Below, piece by piece: positions 1 through 10,641 of a DNA stretch of 64,000 nt. Below the pieces are notes generated by a model. The model saw only the letters and a list, made by a program, of their open reading frames with translations. It searched no databases and had not been told where the DNA came from. Position 1 is the first letter of the stretch; the number at the start of each line of letters is the position of its first letter. The stretch spans positions 1,408,001 through 1,472,000 of the forward strand of contig CAWIXE010000002.1 of assembly GCA_963840035.1 (NCBI GenBank). Direction: 5' to 3'. The translations under genes were made by a program, and so were the position numbers. Source of the DNA: a candidate division FCPU426 bacterium. Its GTDB lineage: Bacteria > Oederibacteriota > PGYV01 > Palsa-1178.

Positions 1-209
1 GATTTTTCGGCGATTGAATAAAGGGTATCGTCTTTTTCCACAAGATAGGTAGTCGGAAGTTCTTCCTTCGATTTCTGGGAGGCTTCATCCATTACCTGTC
101 CTTCTTCATCAGATACGCTGCTTACTTTCTGGCCGCCGCCGCATCCGGTAAAAAACACGCTTCCTATCGCAAACAGCACAAGCATCAAAACAGTTAACAT
201 TCTTTTCAT
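1..209 (-). CDS. LysM-domain lipoprotein (runs off the window edge)
   Basis: Manual translation MKRMLTVLMLVLFAIGSVFFTGCGGGQK...TYLVEKDDTLYSIAEK: lipobox FTG-C, start of a LysM motif, AGGAGG RBS. Not in the ORF track. Confidence 0.8.
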   Translation of the reverse strand, partial: MKRMLTVLMLVLFAIGSVFFTGCGGGQKVSSVSDEEGQVMDEASQKSKEELPTTYLVEKDDTLYSIAEK

Positions 210-376
210 CGAAAATTCCTCCTATATTATATGGTAATTAATACACAAATTATATCATTTTTAGTTTTTCTGTCAAGTTTCATTTGCCCTAAAACACTTA
301 TGAATTAAACCCTATATTATAATAGGAGAAATCGGCATCAAAACAAGAAGTAATGCTTGTGCAGGCTTAATTTAAA

Positions 377-1399
377 CTATTTAAAACTTATATAAAGCCC
401 AATTTTTTGGCTTGAACCCAGCTCCGAATACGGCATAAATACATAATCAATGCTGTATGTTGCCCCTCCGGCTTTCATGCCAACTCCGCCTCCGAAACTC
501 ATGCCTGAGGCAAGCCTGTCTGCCGGGTTAATATTGCCGCCCGTCCTTAAAGCCAGCGTATAATCGCCAAGTAAATGCATATATTCCAGCCCCGCTTTGA
601 TATTTATTCCGTTATCCATGTTATAATCCGCGTCTGCCGCTATCCTTACCCTGTTATTTCCAGAAAAAACATTTAATAATTGCGTATACGCGCCTGCCGC
701 TATGGAAATGGGTGTTATGCCCGCGGCTATGCTTGCTCCGAGATTTCTGAAAGATAATCCAAATCCTGCTTTGTTCCATACAAATTCCCCGCGGTTTGAC
801 ATAAAATCCGCATCTTCTATGATTACTGTGTATATGGCCCCAAGGTCAACCGAAGCGGAAAAATTACCGTAATCCTTTCCTATCATTTCCCCCGAGAATT
901 TAATTGCCGCGCCGGCGTTTAAATTTTTTGTAAAATCGCTGTACGCGAACTTCCCTATATTGCAGCCGTAAGCCACCACCCCGGAAAAATCCGCGGCAGA
1001 AACAGAATTTCCTTCACCCCCGTAACCGCCTCCCGGGGCTTCAAGCGCTTCCGTTATGGTGCCGCCGTTAAGATATTTTCCGGCGAAACCTATGGTCCCG
1101 GCGTCGCCCATTCCTCTGGCGTAGTAAAGCGAATCGTAAAGTACGCCATCCAGATATAGGTCCTGGATGAAAAGTATGTCATTGCCTTCTATAAAACCGA
1201 GACCTGCCGCATTTGTCTCTATGGCTTCAAGGTCGTCGGACAATCCGGCATACGCCCCTCCCATTGCCTGTGATTTTAAACCGGACGGGACCTTAAGCAC
1301 ATCCATGGAAGATGTCCCTGCCCCTGCCGTTATTACCGCGGGCATAAGCGCAAGGAAAACAGATGCCAAAAATGTCATTATAAGTATTTTATTTTTCAT
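377..1399 (-). CDS. PorV/PorQ-family outer-membrane beta-barrel protein
   Basis: Signal peptide; LKVPSGLKSQAMGGAYAGLSDD..N.AGL matches the PorV-type N-terminal motif; beta-strand C-terminus with penultimate F. Confidence 0.8.
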   Translation of the reverse strand: MKNKILIMTFLASVFLALMPAVITAGAGTSSMDVLKVPSGLKSQAMGGAYAGLSDDLEAIETNAAGLGFIEGNDILFIQDLYLDGVLYDSLYYARGMGDAGTIGFAGKYLNGGTITEALEAPGGGYGGEGNSVSAADFSGVVAYGCNIGKFAYSDFTKNLNAGAAIKFSGEMIGKDYGNFSASVDLGAIYTVIIEDADFMSNRGEFVWNKAGFGLSFRNLGASIAAGITPISIAAGAYTQLLNVFSGNNRVRIAADADYNMDNGINIKAGLEYMHLLGDYTLALRTGGNINPADRLASGMSFGGGVGMKAGGATYSIDYVFMPYSELGSSQKIGLYISFK

Positions 1400-4300
1400 T
1401 TTGTAATGTATACCTTTCCTTTTAGCTTTTCCACGGGGCTTTCAATTAAGTAGAAATATATGCCCGGCGCCACCTTTTCCCCGCTTAAATTCTTCCCGTC
1501 CCACTCGATCCTTCCGTAGGCATGCTTCGCCTCAAAAACTTTATATCCCGCGATATTGTAAACATACACATCGCAGTACTGAATCAGATTATCAAACTTC
1601 AGCGTTCCGCCTATCGCTTTATCCCTGTTAAACGGGTTTGGATATACCACTATTTTTTCCGGCGTGGCTGTAGCCGTCGGTGATATGGTCGGGCTTACTG
1701 TGATTGTGGGCGTTACTGTTATCGTTGGAGTTATAGTTCTCGTGGAAACCAGCGTCCATGTTGCGGTAACAGTTCTCGTCGCCGTTACAGTCTTAGTCGG
1801 GGTTAAAGTCATGGTGCTTGTGCGGGTCATGGTATTAGTCGGAGTTATGGTAAGCGTTATTGTCCCTGTAAAAGTAGCGGTATTCGTCGGGCTGAACGTA
1901 TGTGTCCGGGTTATCGTTGATGTTTGTGTAATGCTTGGCGTCGCAGTCGCGGTAAAGGGCGGCGTGTCCGTGCTCGTCATGGTTATGGAATGCGTCGGGG
2001 AAATAGTGGAGGTCCTGGTTATAGTAGGCGTCGCGGAACTGGTCTGCGTTATCGTGTACGTGCTTGTCAGTGTCACTGTCACGGTAGCAGAAGGCGTCAC
2101 GGTAAATGAAGGCGTGAACGTATATGTTGATGTAAGCGTAACTGTTAAGGTCGGCGTATGTGTTCCCGTGGCAGTATATGTCCCGGTTGATGTCCCCGTG
2201 ACAGTCTGCGTCGCTGTTTCCGTTATCGTTTGCGTGCTGGTTTTTGTAAATGACGGCGTCACAGTATAAGTGGGGGTATTTGTCGAAGTCATGGTAAAAG
2301 ACGGCGTCCTGGTTGACGATGCGGTGCTTGTCTCGGTAACCGTCCTTGTGGCGGTCAGGGTGGGTGTTGCTGTCATCGTCTGCGTGATTGTCCTTGTGCT
2401 GGTCCTCGTGGGTGTTGCGGTTTTAGTTACCGTCTGAGTGCTTGTCGCTGTGGGAGGCGCCTGAACATTAATGGAGGCTGACCCGTTTACCTGGGCGTCA
2501 TTTATCTGCGTAAATGTGAGTGTCCTTCCGTTGCCGACGGTATTAAGCGTCACTAAAAATGAATGTGACCCGCCGTCTGAAGACAGGTAAGAATAATTCC
2601 CCGGCAAAACAGCCGCTATGTCGCTTGAAGCGGCAGATACTGTGCCGCCGTAATTATCAACTGTTGTCCCGTTCGCGTCTTTTGCCCTTACTACCACAGT
2701 GAATTGCTGCCCAGCGGTGACTGAAGAGGGGGCGCTTACAGAGAATGAAACAACAGGTATCGTGGTAATTATACCTGATTTCGCGGTATTATCCGGGCTG
2801 GTGGTTATTACTGTTACCTGGTGGTTAATACCTGATAGTATGGACAGGCTTAATATCGCCGTGCATTTGCCTGTGGCGTCAGTGAATGTCCTGAGCGGGT
2901 TAACTGAGCCGTTATCAGTTGAAAAATCAACCTGAATCCCCTGTAATGACACGCTTGCCCCGTTTTGGTCAACTATCTGGGCGGTGACTGTGACTCCGGA
3001 CCCGGCAGGCGCCGAAGTATTGCCTGATGGCAAAACAGAGACAAAATATCCCGTGGTAACAGTGATCGTATTAGTTCCGTCAGTCAAATGTCCGGCCGCA
3101 AAATTAAGGTCCCTTGCGGTTATCGGGAAATAAGTCCCTGTTAAATGGCACTTCACGTTCACTGTAGCCGCGCCGCTGCTGTCTAATGTGGGCGTAACTG
3201 ATTTATACCAGTTAAGGCCTCCATTGACAGAAAACAGGACATCAGGGACATTTCCGTAAATATGAGTGTCAAGGTGCCCGGCAGGCGCCGGCGCGTTATA
3301 CCCGTTTGCGTCTTTGGCATTTACGTATAAAGTCCCTATCTTATCCGCGCCTAAGGACATGGGCGCCGGCAGGAATGCCAGCCTAGTAGCTACGCTTGAG
3401 GCGGAAATAGTAATGGTCGTGCCGAGTATGCCGACGGTATTAATAACACAGTAATTCATGGAACCGCCTCCGGCGGTGCTTACTTTAAACCAGGCTGTCA
3501 CCTGTCCCTGCGCGTTAGTGGAATTGCCTGTAGCAGTCATGACAGCGGCGTTGTCTATCCTTGCGTCCTGGGTCTTGCCTGTCTGCACCATCGGGGTAAA
3601 ATCGATGTACTTATTATTGATAGGATTTCCGTATGCGTCAGTCACCTGAGCTGTCAGTGTTACCCATCCGCCCGCTGAAACCGAGTATAAATTTGACCAT
3701 GCAGTGAGTATTGCAGGGGCAGCCGGAATAATTGTCGCATAGGCTTTTCCGTCAGACATGTTTAATCCCGTATCATGCGCGGTGATGGCCACGTTTGAAG
3801 CCATCGCCGTATCCATATAATATACATATGCCGTTCCCTGGATTAAGTTCGTGGTGACCGTCTGGCTCCAGCTTAACTGGTCTGTGGAGAACCTCATGGT
3901 GCCCGACGCCGATGAAATCCTGACCTGGGCGTTCGACCCGGCATTATTGCCCACGGAGTCTTTCGCCTGTATCGTTATTCTCCTGGGCGTCCCTGCTGAT
4001 ACAGTGCTGTTAAGCGGGCTGATATCAAGCTGCGACGCCGGAAGGTTATTTACATATATGGTGGCCTGGCCGGATGTTATATTCGGGGCGGCTGCAGTTA
4101 TTGTAAAAGTATTTGCCGTGGTGTCAACTACAAGGAGCGACTTAATGGCGTTTCCGTTAAAATACGCGGTCGGCACCCAGGACGCCCCGTTATAAAACAG
4201 CATGCTGGCTGAATTTGAAGTCAGTGTTATGCCCCTGGCGTCAGAAACAAAATTACCATAAGCGTCTGTTATCTTTACATTTAATGTGGCGTTAACCCCG

Positions 4301-7300
4301 GTCTGCGTGGTAATCACCGGCGGTTCTATTACCACCTTTGAAGCGGGCCCCGCAAGGAAATTAACAGTGACAATTTTCGAATACGGTCCGAATTTCAGTG
4401 TGACATTCGCGGAGCCGGCTTTCGTTGACTTTATCATTGCAAAAGCATTGCCGTTCCAGTCAGTTATGGCTTTTGTATTGGCGCTGACTTTCACCGGTAT
4501 TATGGCATCCTCGGGCCTGTCAGACGTAAAATCTATCATGGCGTATGCAACTTTTGTATTTGTACCGGAATTTGGAGCCCATACATAAGCGGTTATTGTA
4601 GCCGAAGTGGCCCCGTCAGCCACAATTGACGTGGAAGGGTTTGCCCATGCTTTCCATCCGTCAATTACCCATACATAACTGTCTGTCTGCCCGTCTCCCC
4701 ACGACCAGGATGTCGGCGAATCATCATAATTCCCTGTTAATCCGTTCAAAACCCTCCCCCCGCCGACGTTCATGGCCGCCGCGTTTGAGAACACATCCCT
4801 GATTATGGTGCCGCTTACATTTTTATAGACTATGTTGTCAAAGAACGCGTTGAATGTGCCTGCGTTATTTGACGGTGCTCCGTTAAACCCTATGTTCCCG
4901 GTATCCTGTGACAGGAACCCGTCGCTGTAATATGAACCCGCGCCTGTAAGCATACTTAAATCAAATATCCTGCGGTACCATCTTCCCTTGGCATATGCGG
5001 AGATGTCCATTGACGGATGTATCCTTATGGCATTCTGATCCCTGATATAATTCTGGGTGGCCTGACCGAAATCCCTCATGATATCCGTGTTCCCGGGATA
5101 GTCGCCGTTCTGGAACTCTGTTGAACAATAAAAGTTGGAGCTGTAATCCGGTATAAAAACATCATAATTAAGATAATAATTTGACGCGAACGTAAAGTTC
5201 CTGTCATCAATCCTCATGTACGCGCCCTGATACAAATTCGCATTTCCGTAATAAGCCGTAAGCAGGATCGGCCTTGAGTAAGAAGTGGCGGGCGTAACAA
5301 CATTTATCAGGTTGCTTGTTCCTGTAATAGCGCCTGAAGTGGCAGTTATGGTCTGATTCCCGTTGGTCTGAAGGATTGCGGCAAAAATCCTGGTGCCCGC
5401 GTTGGCAAGCTGGAAAGTATACGATAACGGAAGCACCTTTGCGAGCGAAGGGTCACTCGATGTAAAATTAACAGCCCCCACAAAATTATCTATGGTATTG
5501 CCGTAAGCGTCCCGCGCTGTAACAACAAAGTTAAACTCCACATTCGCGTTTGCAACCGTCGGCGCGGAAACCCTGAAGTTTGCGATAGCGCCATGCGCCA
5601 CATTTATGTCATTGCTTACGCCTGATATGGTCCCATCCTGAACAAGTATATTATGGGTGCCGGCTGTCCTTAAAGTGACGCTGAAAATGTGCTTTCCAGC
5701 GTCGCCGCCGACATACGTATAATCCGCAGGCATTACCCCCTGTGCGTCTGTGGAGGTAAAATGAATTGTACCGGCATATCCGGCCACAATATTATAATAA
5801 ACATCCACGGCTGAAACCGTGATATAGAAAGGCGTCCCGGCGGTCGCGTTTGAAGGGGCTGATACTATAAATCCTGTCGCGTTGCCCGTGTTTACATTTA
5901 CAGAAGTTGACCCGGTTATCGTAATTACCGTGGTGTCATTTACCGTGATAGTCTGCACACCGGCTGTCGAAAGCACTACCTGGAATGAATGCACCCCGGC
6001 ATCCGCGTCCGGGTCAAATGTGTAATCACCCGGCAGGCCTGCCGTGCCGTCGCTTGATGTGAAATTAACAGTCCCGGCGTAATTATCCGCTATCACGCCT
6101 CCAAAAGCCGCGCTGGTCCTGGCAGTAACAACCACCTGAAAAGGCACGCCGACCTGCACGCTTGCAGGCGCCTGAACGTCAAAATGGTCTATGTCTTTTG
6201 TCGCCGTAAAAGTGGGTGTAATGGTAAAAGTAGGGGTGCTTGTAGATGTCGGGCTGTCCGTATGCGTCTGAGTAATTGTTTCAGTGGCAGTTTCAGTGGC
6301 CGTCTGTGTGGCGGTATATGTTTCAGTGGCTGTAAATGTCCCTGTTGCAGTTTCAGTAGCCGTCTGTGTGGCTGTCTGGGTTGCCGTGCGTGTCGCTGTC
6401 TTTGTCGCGGTCGGAGTCCCCGTCGGCGTAACAGTCTGTGTGGCAGTCTGCGTTATGGTCTGTGTGGCAGTCTGCGTTATGGTCTGTGTGGCAGTCTGCG
6501 TTATGGTCTGTGTGGCAGTCTGCGTTATGGTCTGTGTGGCGGTCTGCGTTATGGTCTGCGTGGCGGTCTGCGTCGCGGTTTGTGTGGCTGTTTGCGTGGC
6601 AGTCTGCGTCGCAGTTTGTGTGGCTGTAAATGTCGGTGAAGCCGTAAATGTAGGCGTAAATGTCTGGCTTGCCGTCCATGTTTCAGTGATAGAAGGAGTT
6701 GCAGTCTCTGTGCTGGTCAGGGTCGCAGTCGGTGTCGCAGTATATGTCTGGGTTGCCGTATATGTGTTTGAATGGGTCGGGGTAATGGTAAAAGTGGGGG
6801 TGATGGTATGCGTGGGCGTTATAGTATAAGTCGGCGCCGGATTCCTCTCCCAACTTATATCTATCGTATCTATCTGCGGCGACGAAAAGTTATCGTATGT
6901 TGTAAGCACCGCTTTCCAGAAAAGTTTTGTTCCGGAAATAAAGGTCCCGATGGCTGATGTAACCTTCGTCCATACGGACCCGTCTCCTGACAGATAATAA
7001 TCTATGGACTGATTCACCTCGACAGTGCTTGCGGCCGTTAAAGTGACATACCCCGCAAACCCGGCGAACCAATCGTCTATGATGATGGACTGCGCAGTCT
7101 CAGGCGTGTCAAACGACCCGCCGTATCTGTTTATCTTCGCGTAATCGCCCGCCATGAGCCAGTAGGCCTCGGATGAATTCGTATACACAACAGAATTAAA
7201 CTTGGGCGTTGTCGATGAGGTGGACCAGTTCTGTAGGTTTGCCCTTTCGTCCGTATACACATCCGGCGACCCCTCCACTATCATGTTTATCATTCCCGAA

Positions 7301-9282
7301 CCGCCCGCCACGAACCACTTTCCAGGCGAAGTGCTGTTATAATCCAGCGAATAAATATTCTGCGTCCCAAAATTTTTAAGAGATGACGTCCTTGATGTCC
7401 ATATAATTGAAGTATAGTCGACAAGATACCCGCCGTCGCACCCTATCCTTATCTTGCTTCCGCCGTCTTTTATTGCGTTGACGTTCTGGTAAGTGTTGCC
7501 GGTATATGGATACAGGTTTGATTTTAGGTCATTCATGAAATTATTTGCTGGCGACTGCGTCTGGTCATTCCATTGCCTGATACTGCCGTTGTCGCCTGCC
7601 ACATACCACTTATTTTTGCTTGCAAAATACTCTATCGCCCTGATTCCGTCCGTGGCATTCGAAAATGACCCCGCTGTCGTGCTCACATACTTTGCGGTAA
7701 AACTATCTCCGTCCGTACTTATGGCAAAATTGCGGTTCTGCCCGCCTATCAACCATGTGCCATTCGCCCATTTCATGGCTGTTACCCCGTTACCCGCCCC
7801 GAAACCGAGCGCCCCGGTCCTGTCGGCAAATACCCCGGTCGCACAGTCATATTTGGCAAGCTTGCCGTTGCTGCCTCCTATAAGGAAGTAATTATGCGTC
7901 TGGTCGGCCCACGCCACGCTTAAAACATCATCAAACCAGTTAAGGTAGTGGGTGGGGTCGGTGAGGCTTTTCCTCAGGTCGGTAAATACCTTACCGTTAT
8001 ATTTGTTCAGTGTCCCGTTTGTTCCGTTCTTTTCCCCGCCAATAAGCCAGAACTTGTCATATGAATTATACGCCGCGGCTTTGATGTTATTCGCGCCGAA
8101 ATCTTTTATGTTCTTTGAATACTCCGTATATGAAGGCGATGACGCGCTGCCCGTCATGGACATTAACCTGCTGTTATTTCCTCCAAGCAGGCTTAAGCCG
8201 CTGCTTGTGGCGCCTATGGCGTATATGGCGTCCGTGCTGAAATATGATGGCGGTGTCTGCGTTATATATGTCGACACGCCGTCATATGTGACAAGCGCCG
8301 TGTTAGTATTATTGCTGCCGCCGATGAGCCAGTAACTTCCGTTCCATTCTATGGCCCACAGGCTTGTAAGCGCTCCTGCCAGGCTCGCTGTAACATCGGT
8401 AAAACCGTTTGTCTGGTCATACGTTGCCAGTTTCACGGTGCTGCCTGAGCTCCCGCCTATCAACCATCTGGTCCCCACGCATTTTACGGCAAATATGTTA
8501 TATGTCCCGCCCCATTTTGCCGTAAGCCCGCCTGCGCCGGTTGCAAGATTTGTCCAGCCATTTGAGCCGTCCACATACCTGCATATCTTTCCCCCGGTCC
8601 CGGCTATGAGCCAGTAAAATTCCGTGCTGTTATACCCTATGGCCCTTACGTCATCGCCTGTTGTAAACCCGCCGGACGCTACAAGGTCACCGGCAAGCGA
8701 GGTGAAATTAATTCCGTCATAAATGTTCAGTGCGGCGCCTGCGCCGCCAAAGAGCCACCTGTTATTTACGGTAACGCCTTTATTGGCTATCGCGTATATG
8801 TTCCCCGTAAATGACGCCATTGTTTTTGCCGTCCACGTGTCATTGGAATATGTGTACATGTAAAGCAATGCGCTGTCCCCTCCGACAAATACCGTATTGC
8901 CGTCGCTGTCTATGGCCCTGATGGTATTTGTGGCAAGATTCGCAAGCCTCGGCGCTATATTTATAAAATTCACACCGTCGTACATATTCAGCTTTCCGGT
9001 GCTGCCTCCTATGTACCACCGGCTGTTCGCCGCGTCATAGTCAATGGCAGTGATGCTTCCGCCCCAGTCAATTACCCCGGTAGTTTCGGCAAACTTGTCA
9101 TACAGAGTCTTTAAAGAGACTATCCCGGCAGTAGTATTCCAGCTTGCCGAGGTATTTGTTGTATCTTCGTATGAAGTGGAGTTAAAACCCTCATTATAAG
9201 TAAGGGAAAATATGGGAATGGCAATAAATAATGACATAAGCGCAAAAACAGGTATCCGGAAAAACTTCCTTATTATAGTCAT
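1396..9282 (-). CDS. Giant secreted surface protein: WLIGG-type beta-propeller repeats, Thr-rich stalks, Ig-like repeats, T9SS-type C-terminal sorting domain
   Basis: 2628-aa ORF with signal peptide; repeated I.AI.YN...WLIGG units; TATQ/TPT tracts; A.DAYGN Ig-like repeats; C-terminal VYPNPFN...WDGKN..G..VAPGIYFY. Confidence 0.85.
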   Translation of the reverse strand: MTIIRKFFRIPVFALMSLFIAIPIFSLTYNEGFNSTSYEDTTNTSASWNTTAGIVSLKTLYDKFAETTGVIDWGGSITAIDYDAANSRWYIGGSTGKLNMYDGVNFINIAPRLANLATNTIRAIDSDGNTVFVGGDSALLYMYTYSNDTWTAKTMASFTGNIYAIANKGVTVNNRWLFGGAGAALNIYDGINFTSLAGDLVASGGFTTGDDVRAIGYNSTEFYWLIAGTGGKICRYVDGSNGWTNLATGAGGLTAKWGGTYNIFAVKCVGTRWLIGGSSGSTVKLATYDQTNGFTDVTASLAGALTSLWAIEWNGSYWLIGGSNNTNTALVTYDGVSTYITQTPPSYFSTDAIYAIGATSSGLSLLGGNNSRLMSMTGSASSPSYTEYSKNIKDFGANNIKAAAYNSYDKFWLIGGEKNGTNGTLNKYNGKVFTDLRKSLTDPTHYLNWFDDVLSVAWADQTHNYFLIGGSNGKLAKYDCATGVFADRTGALGFGAGNGVTAMKWANGTWLIGGQNRNFAISTDGDSFTAKYVSTTAGSFSNATDGIRAIEYFASKNKWYVAGDNGSIRQWNDQTQSPANNFMNDLKSNLYPYTGNTYQNVNAIKDGGSKIRIGCDGGYLVDYTSIIWTSRTSSLKNFGTQNIYSLDYNSTSPGKWFVAGGSGMINMIVEGSPDVYTDERANLQNWSTSSTTPKFNSVVYTNSSEAYWLMAGDYAKINRYGGSFDTPETAQSIIIDDWFAGFAGYVTLTAASTVEVNQSIDYYLSGDGSVWTKVTSAIGTFISGTKLFWKAVLTTYDNFSSPQIDTIDISWERNPAPTYTITPTHTITPTFTITPTHSNTYTATQTYTATPTATLTSTETATPSITETWTASQTFTPTFTASPTFTATQTATQTATQTATQTATQTATQTITQTATQTITQTATQTITQTATQTITQTATQTITQTATQTVTPTGTPTATKTATRTATQTATQTATETATGTFTATETYTATQTATETATETITQTHTDSPTSTSTPTFTITPTFTATKDIDHFDVQAPASVQVGVPFQVVVTARTSAAFGGVIADNYAGTVNFTSSDGTAGLPGDYTFDPDADAGVHSFQVVLSTAGVQTITVNDTTVITITGSTSVNVNTGNATGFIVSAPSNATAGTPFYITVSAVDVYYNIVAGYAGTIHFTSTDAQGVMPADYTYVGGDAGKHIFSVTLRTAGTHNILVQDGTISGVSNDINVAHGAIANFRVSAPTVANANVEFNFVVTARDAYGNTIDNFVGAVNFTSSDPSLAKVLPLSYTFQLANAGTRIFAAILQTNGNQTITATSGAITGTSNLINVVTPATSYSRPILLTAYYGNANLYQGAYMRIDDRNFTFASNYYLNYDVFIPDYSSNFYCSTEFQNGDYPGNTDIMRDFGQATQNYIRDQNAIRIHPSMDISAYAKGRWYRRIFDLSMLTGAGSYYSDGFLSQDTGNIGFNGAPSNNAGTFNAFFDNIVYKNVSGTIIRDVFSNAAAMNVGGGRVLNGLTGNYDDSPTSWSWGDGQTDSYVWVIDGWKAWANPSTSIVADGATSATITAYVWAPNSGTNTKVAYAMIDFTSDRPEDAIIPVKVSANTKAITDWNGNAFAMIKSTKAGSANVTLKFGPYSKIVTVNFLAGPASKVVIEPPVITTQTGVNATLNVKITDAYGNFVSDARGITLTSNSASMLFYNGASWVPTAYFNGNAIKSLLVVDTTANTFTITAAAPNITSGQATIYVNNLPASQLDISPLNSTVSAGTPRRITIQAKDSVGNNAGSNAQVRISSASGTMRFSTDQLSWSQTVTTNLIQGTAYVYYMDTAMASNVAITAHDTGLNMSDGKAYATIIPAAPAILTAWSNLYSVSAGGWVTLTAQVTDAYGNPINNKYIDFTPMVQTGKTQDARIDNAAVMTATGNSTNAQGQVTAWFKVSTAGGGSMNYCVINTVGILGTTITISASSVATRLAFLPAPMSLGADKIGTLYVNAKDANGYNAPAPAGHLDTHIYGNVPDVLFSVNGGLNWYKSVTPTLDSSGAATVNVKCHLTGTYFPITARDLNFAAGHLTDGTNTITVTTGYFVSVLPSGNTSAPAGSGVTVTAQIVDQNGASVSLQGIQVDFSTDNGSVNPLRTFTDATGKCTAILSLSILSGINHQVTVITTSPDNTAKSGIITTIPVVSFSVSAPSSVTAGQQFTVVVRAKDANGTTVDNYGGTVSAASSDIAAVLPGNYSYLSSDGGSHSFLVTLNTVGNGRTLTFTQINDAQVNGSASINVQAPPTATSTQTVTKTATPTRTSTRTITQTMTATPTLTATRTVTETSTASSTRTPSFTMTSTNTPTYTVTPSFTKTSTQTITETATQTVTGTSTGTYTATGTHTPTLTVTLTSTYTFTPSFTVTPSATVTVTLTSTYTITQTSSATPTITRTSTISPTHSITMTSTDTPPFTATATPSITQTSTITRTHTFSPTNTATFTGTITLTITPTNTMTRTSTMTLTPTKTVTATRTVTATWTLVSTRTITPTITVTPTITVSPTISPTATATPEKIVVYPNPFNRDKAIGGTLKFDNLIQYCDVYVYNIAGYKVFEAKHAYGRIEWDGKNLSGEKVAPGIYFYLIESPVEKLKGKVYITK
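6434..6553. repeat. 24-bp coding tandem repeat, 5 copies (encodes TQTATQTI)
   Basis: gtctgtgtggcagtctgcgttatg: four exact copies plus one with a single mismatch; degenerate 12-bp units continue to about 6626. Confidence 0.95.
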
Positions 9283-9400
9283 TTTCTAACTCCCTATCGT
9301 TTTAAACGTTAAATTAATGATAGCATAAAAACCGCAAATTTCAACAAATATTAAAAATCATATATTTGACATTTTTACGGCACTGATAGATAATAACTAC

Positions 9401-10564
9401 ATGGAAAAAAATCTCAATTTAAAAAGATTTTTGCTCACAATAGCCCTTTTCATGGCTGCGGCAGTGCTTTCTGACGCTTTCGTGAACATATACCTGTGGC
9501 GCCTTAAGTCAGATTATATCCCCATAACCATATATATGCTCTCCTGCTACGCCACGGTCCCCGTCATTTTTTACCTTTGTGGTTATATCGGCATGCGTAT
9601 AGACAGATCCAGCATATATATAATAGGAATATTCTGCTATGTGGCATTTTACTTCATGGTCCTGCTTTTCAGGGAAAGGATTGCCGAGCAGGTGATACTC
9701 TGGGGATTTGTAAAGGGGCTGGCCATGGGGTTCTTCTGGTTCGGCTACCACATCCTTACTTTCGATTACACAACCGGCAACAGGGACTCATTTTACAGCA
9801 AAACCACCATGATATCCGGCGTCTGCTCCCTGCTGGGGCCTTTGATAGCCGGTTTTATCATCACTTATTTCAAAAACTTCACAGGATACTACATCATATT
9901 CGGCTGCTCGGCAGTGCTCTTCTCCGCAGCCGTCATCCTGTCATTTTCCATGAAATCAAAGCCCATCAGGAAGCCCTATAAGATAGAGGACCTTATTTTT
10001 ACAAAGAACAGGAAATGGCAGAATACCATGTTCGCGTACCTTTTCCTCTCGGGCAGGGACACAATATCCATGTTCCTCATAGGAATCCTTGTTTTTAAGT
10101 CAACAGGAAGCGAGTTCAGCCTCGGCAAATACTCCATGCTGGTGGCAGTGGCTACCATTTCCACATCGTGGCTCCTGGGTAAATTCTCAAGGCCCGATAC
10201 GAGGCGCCATTACGTCCTATCCGGGGCAATCATTTCGTTTGTGATAGCATTCCTGCTGTTATATAAGATCAATATCGTCACGCTCCTCATATACGGCATC
10301 CTCGGCGCTGTCGCAGACTATCTCGTGAGGATTCCCATTTCGGCGCACGCGCTGGATGTCATAAGCCTGGATGCCAATGCCAACGAAAGAAAAATGGAAT
10401 ACATAGTGGCGCGCGACGTGCCTATAGCCGCCGGCAGGATTGTCATGCTGGTTGTGTTCGTTCTCTTCCTGCAATACATGCCGGTTTCCGGAATAAAGGC
10501 AATAATACTGCTTATCTCCATATTCCCCATGGGGGTATATTACTTCCTTTACCGAAGAACATAA
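9401..10564 (+). CDS. MFS transporter (YqgE-like)
   Basis: About 12 hydrophobic segments; FVNIYLWR and GLAMGFFW motifs. Confidence 0.75.
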   Translation: MEKNLNLKRFLLTIALFMAAAVLSDAFVNIYLWRLKSDYIPITIYMLSCYATVPVIFYLCGYIGMRIDRSSIYIIGIFCYVAFYFMVLLFRERIAEQVILWGFVKGLAMGFFWFGYHILTFDYTTGNRDSFYSKTTMISGVCSLLGPLIAGFIITYFKNFTGYYIIFGCSAVLFSAAVILSFSMKSKPIRKPYKIEDLIFTKNRKWQNTMFAYLFLSGRDTISMFLIGILVFKSTGSEFSLGKYSMLVAVATISTSWLLGKFSRPDTRRHYVLSGAIISFVIAFLLLYKINIVTLLIYGILGAVADYLVRIPISAHALDVISLDANANERKMEYIVARDVPIAAGRIVMLVVFVLFLQYMPVSGIKAIILLISIFPMGVYYFLYRRT

Positions 10565-10582
10565 CAGCACAAAATTTGGCAC

Positions 10583-10630
10583 ATAAATAAAAAAAACCGC
10601 GGAATATCACCCGCGGTTTTTTTTATTTAT
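10583..10630. terminator. Bidirectional intrinsic terminator
   Basis: A-tract, ccgcgg/ccgcgg stem, T-tract between convergent genes. Confidence 0.9.
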
Positions 10631-10641
10631 GTGAATTATGT

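Noticed and set aside
6434..6553. Possible CRISPR array
   Set aside because: Contiguous in-frame coding repeats without spacers; no cas genes.
1664..6829. Val-rich, Cys/Arg-rich and WQSALWSV ORFs on alternative frames
   Set aside because: Shadow translations of the Thr-rich repeats of the giant gene.
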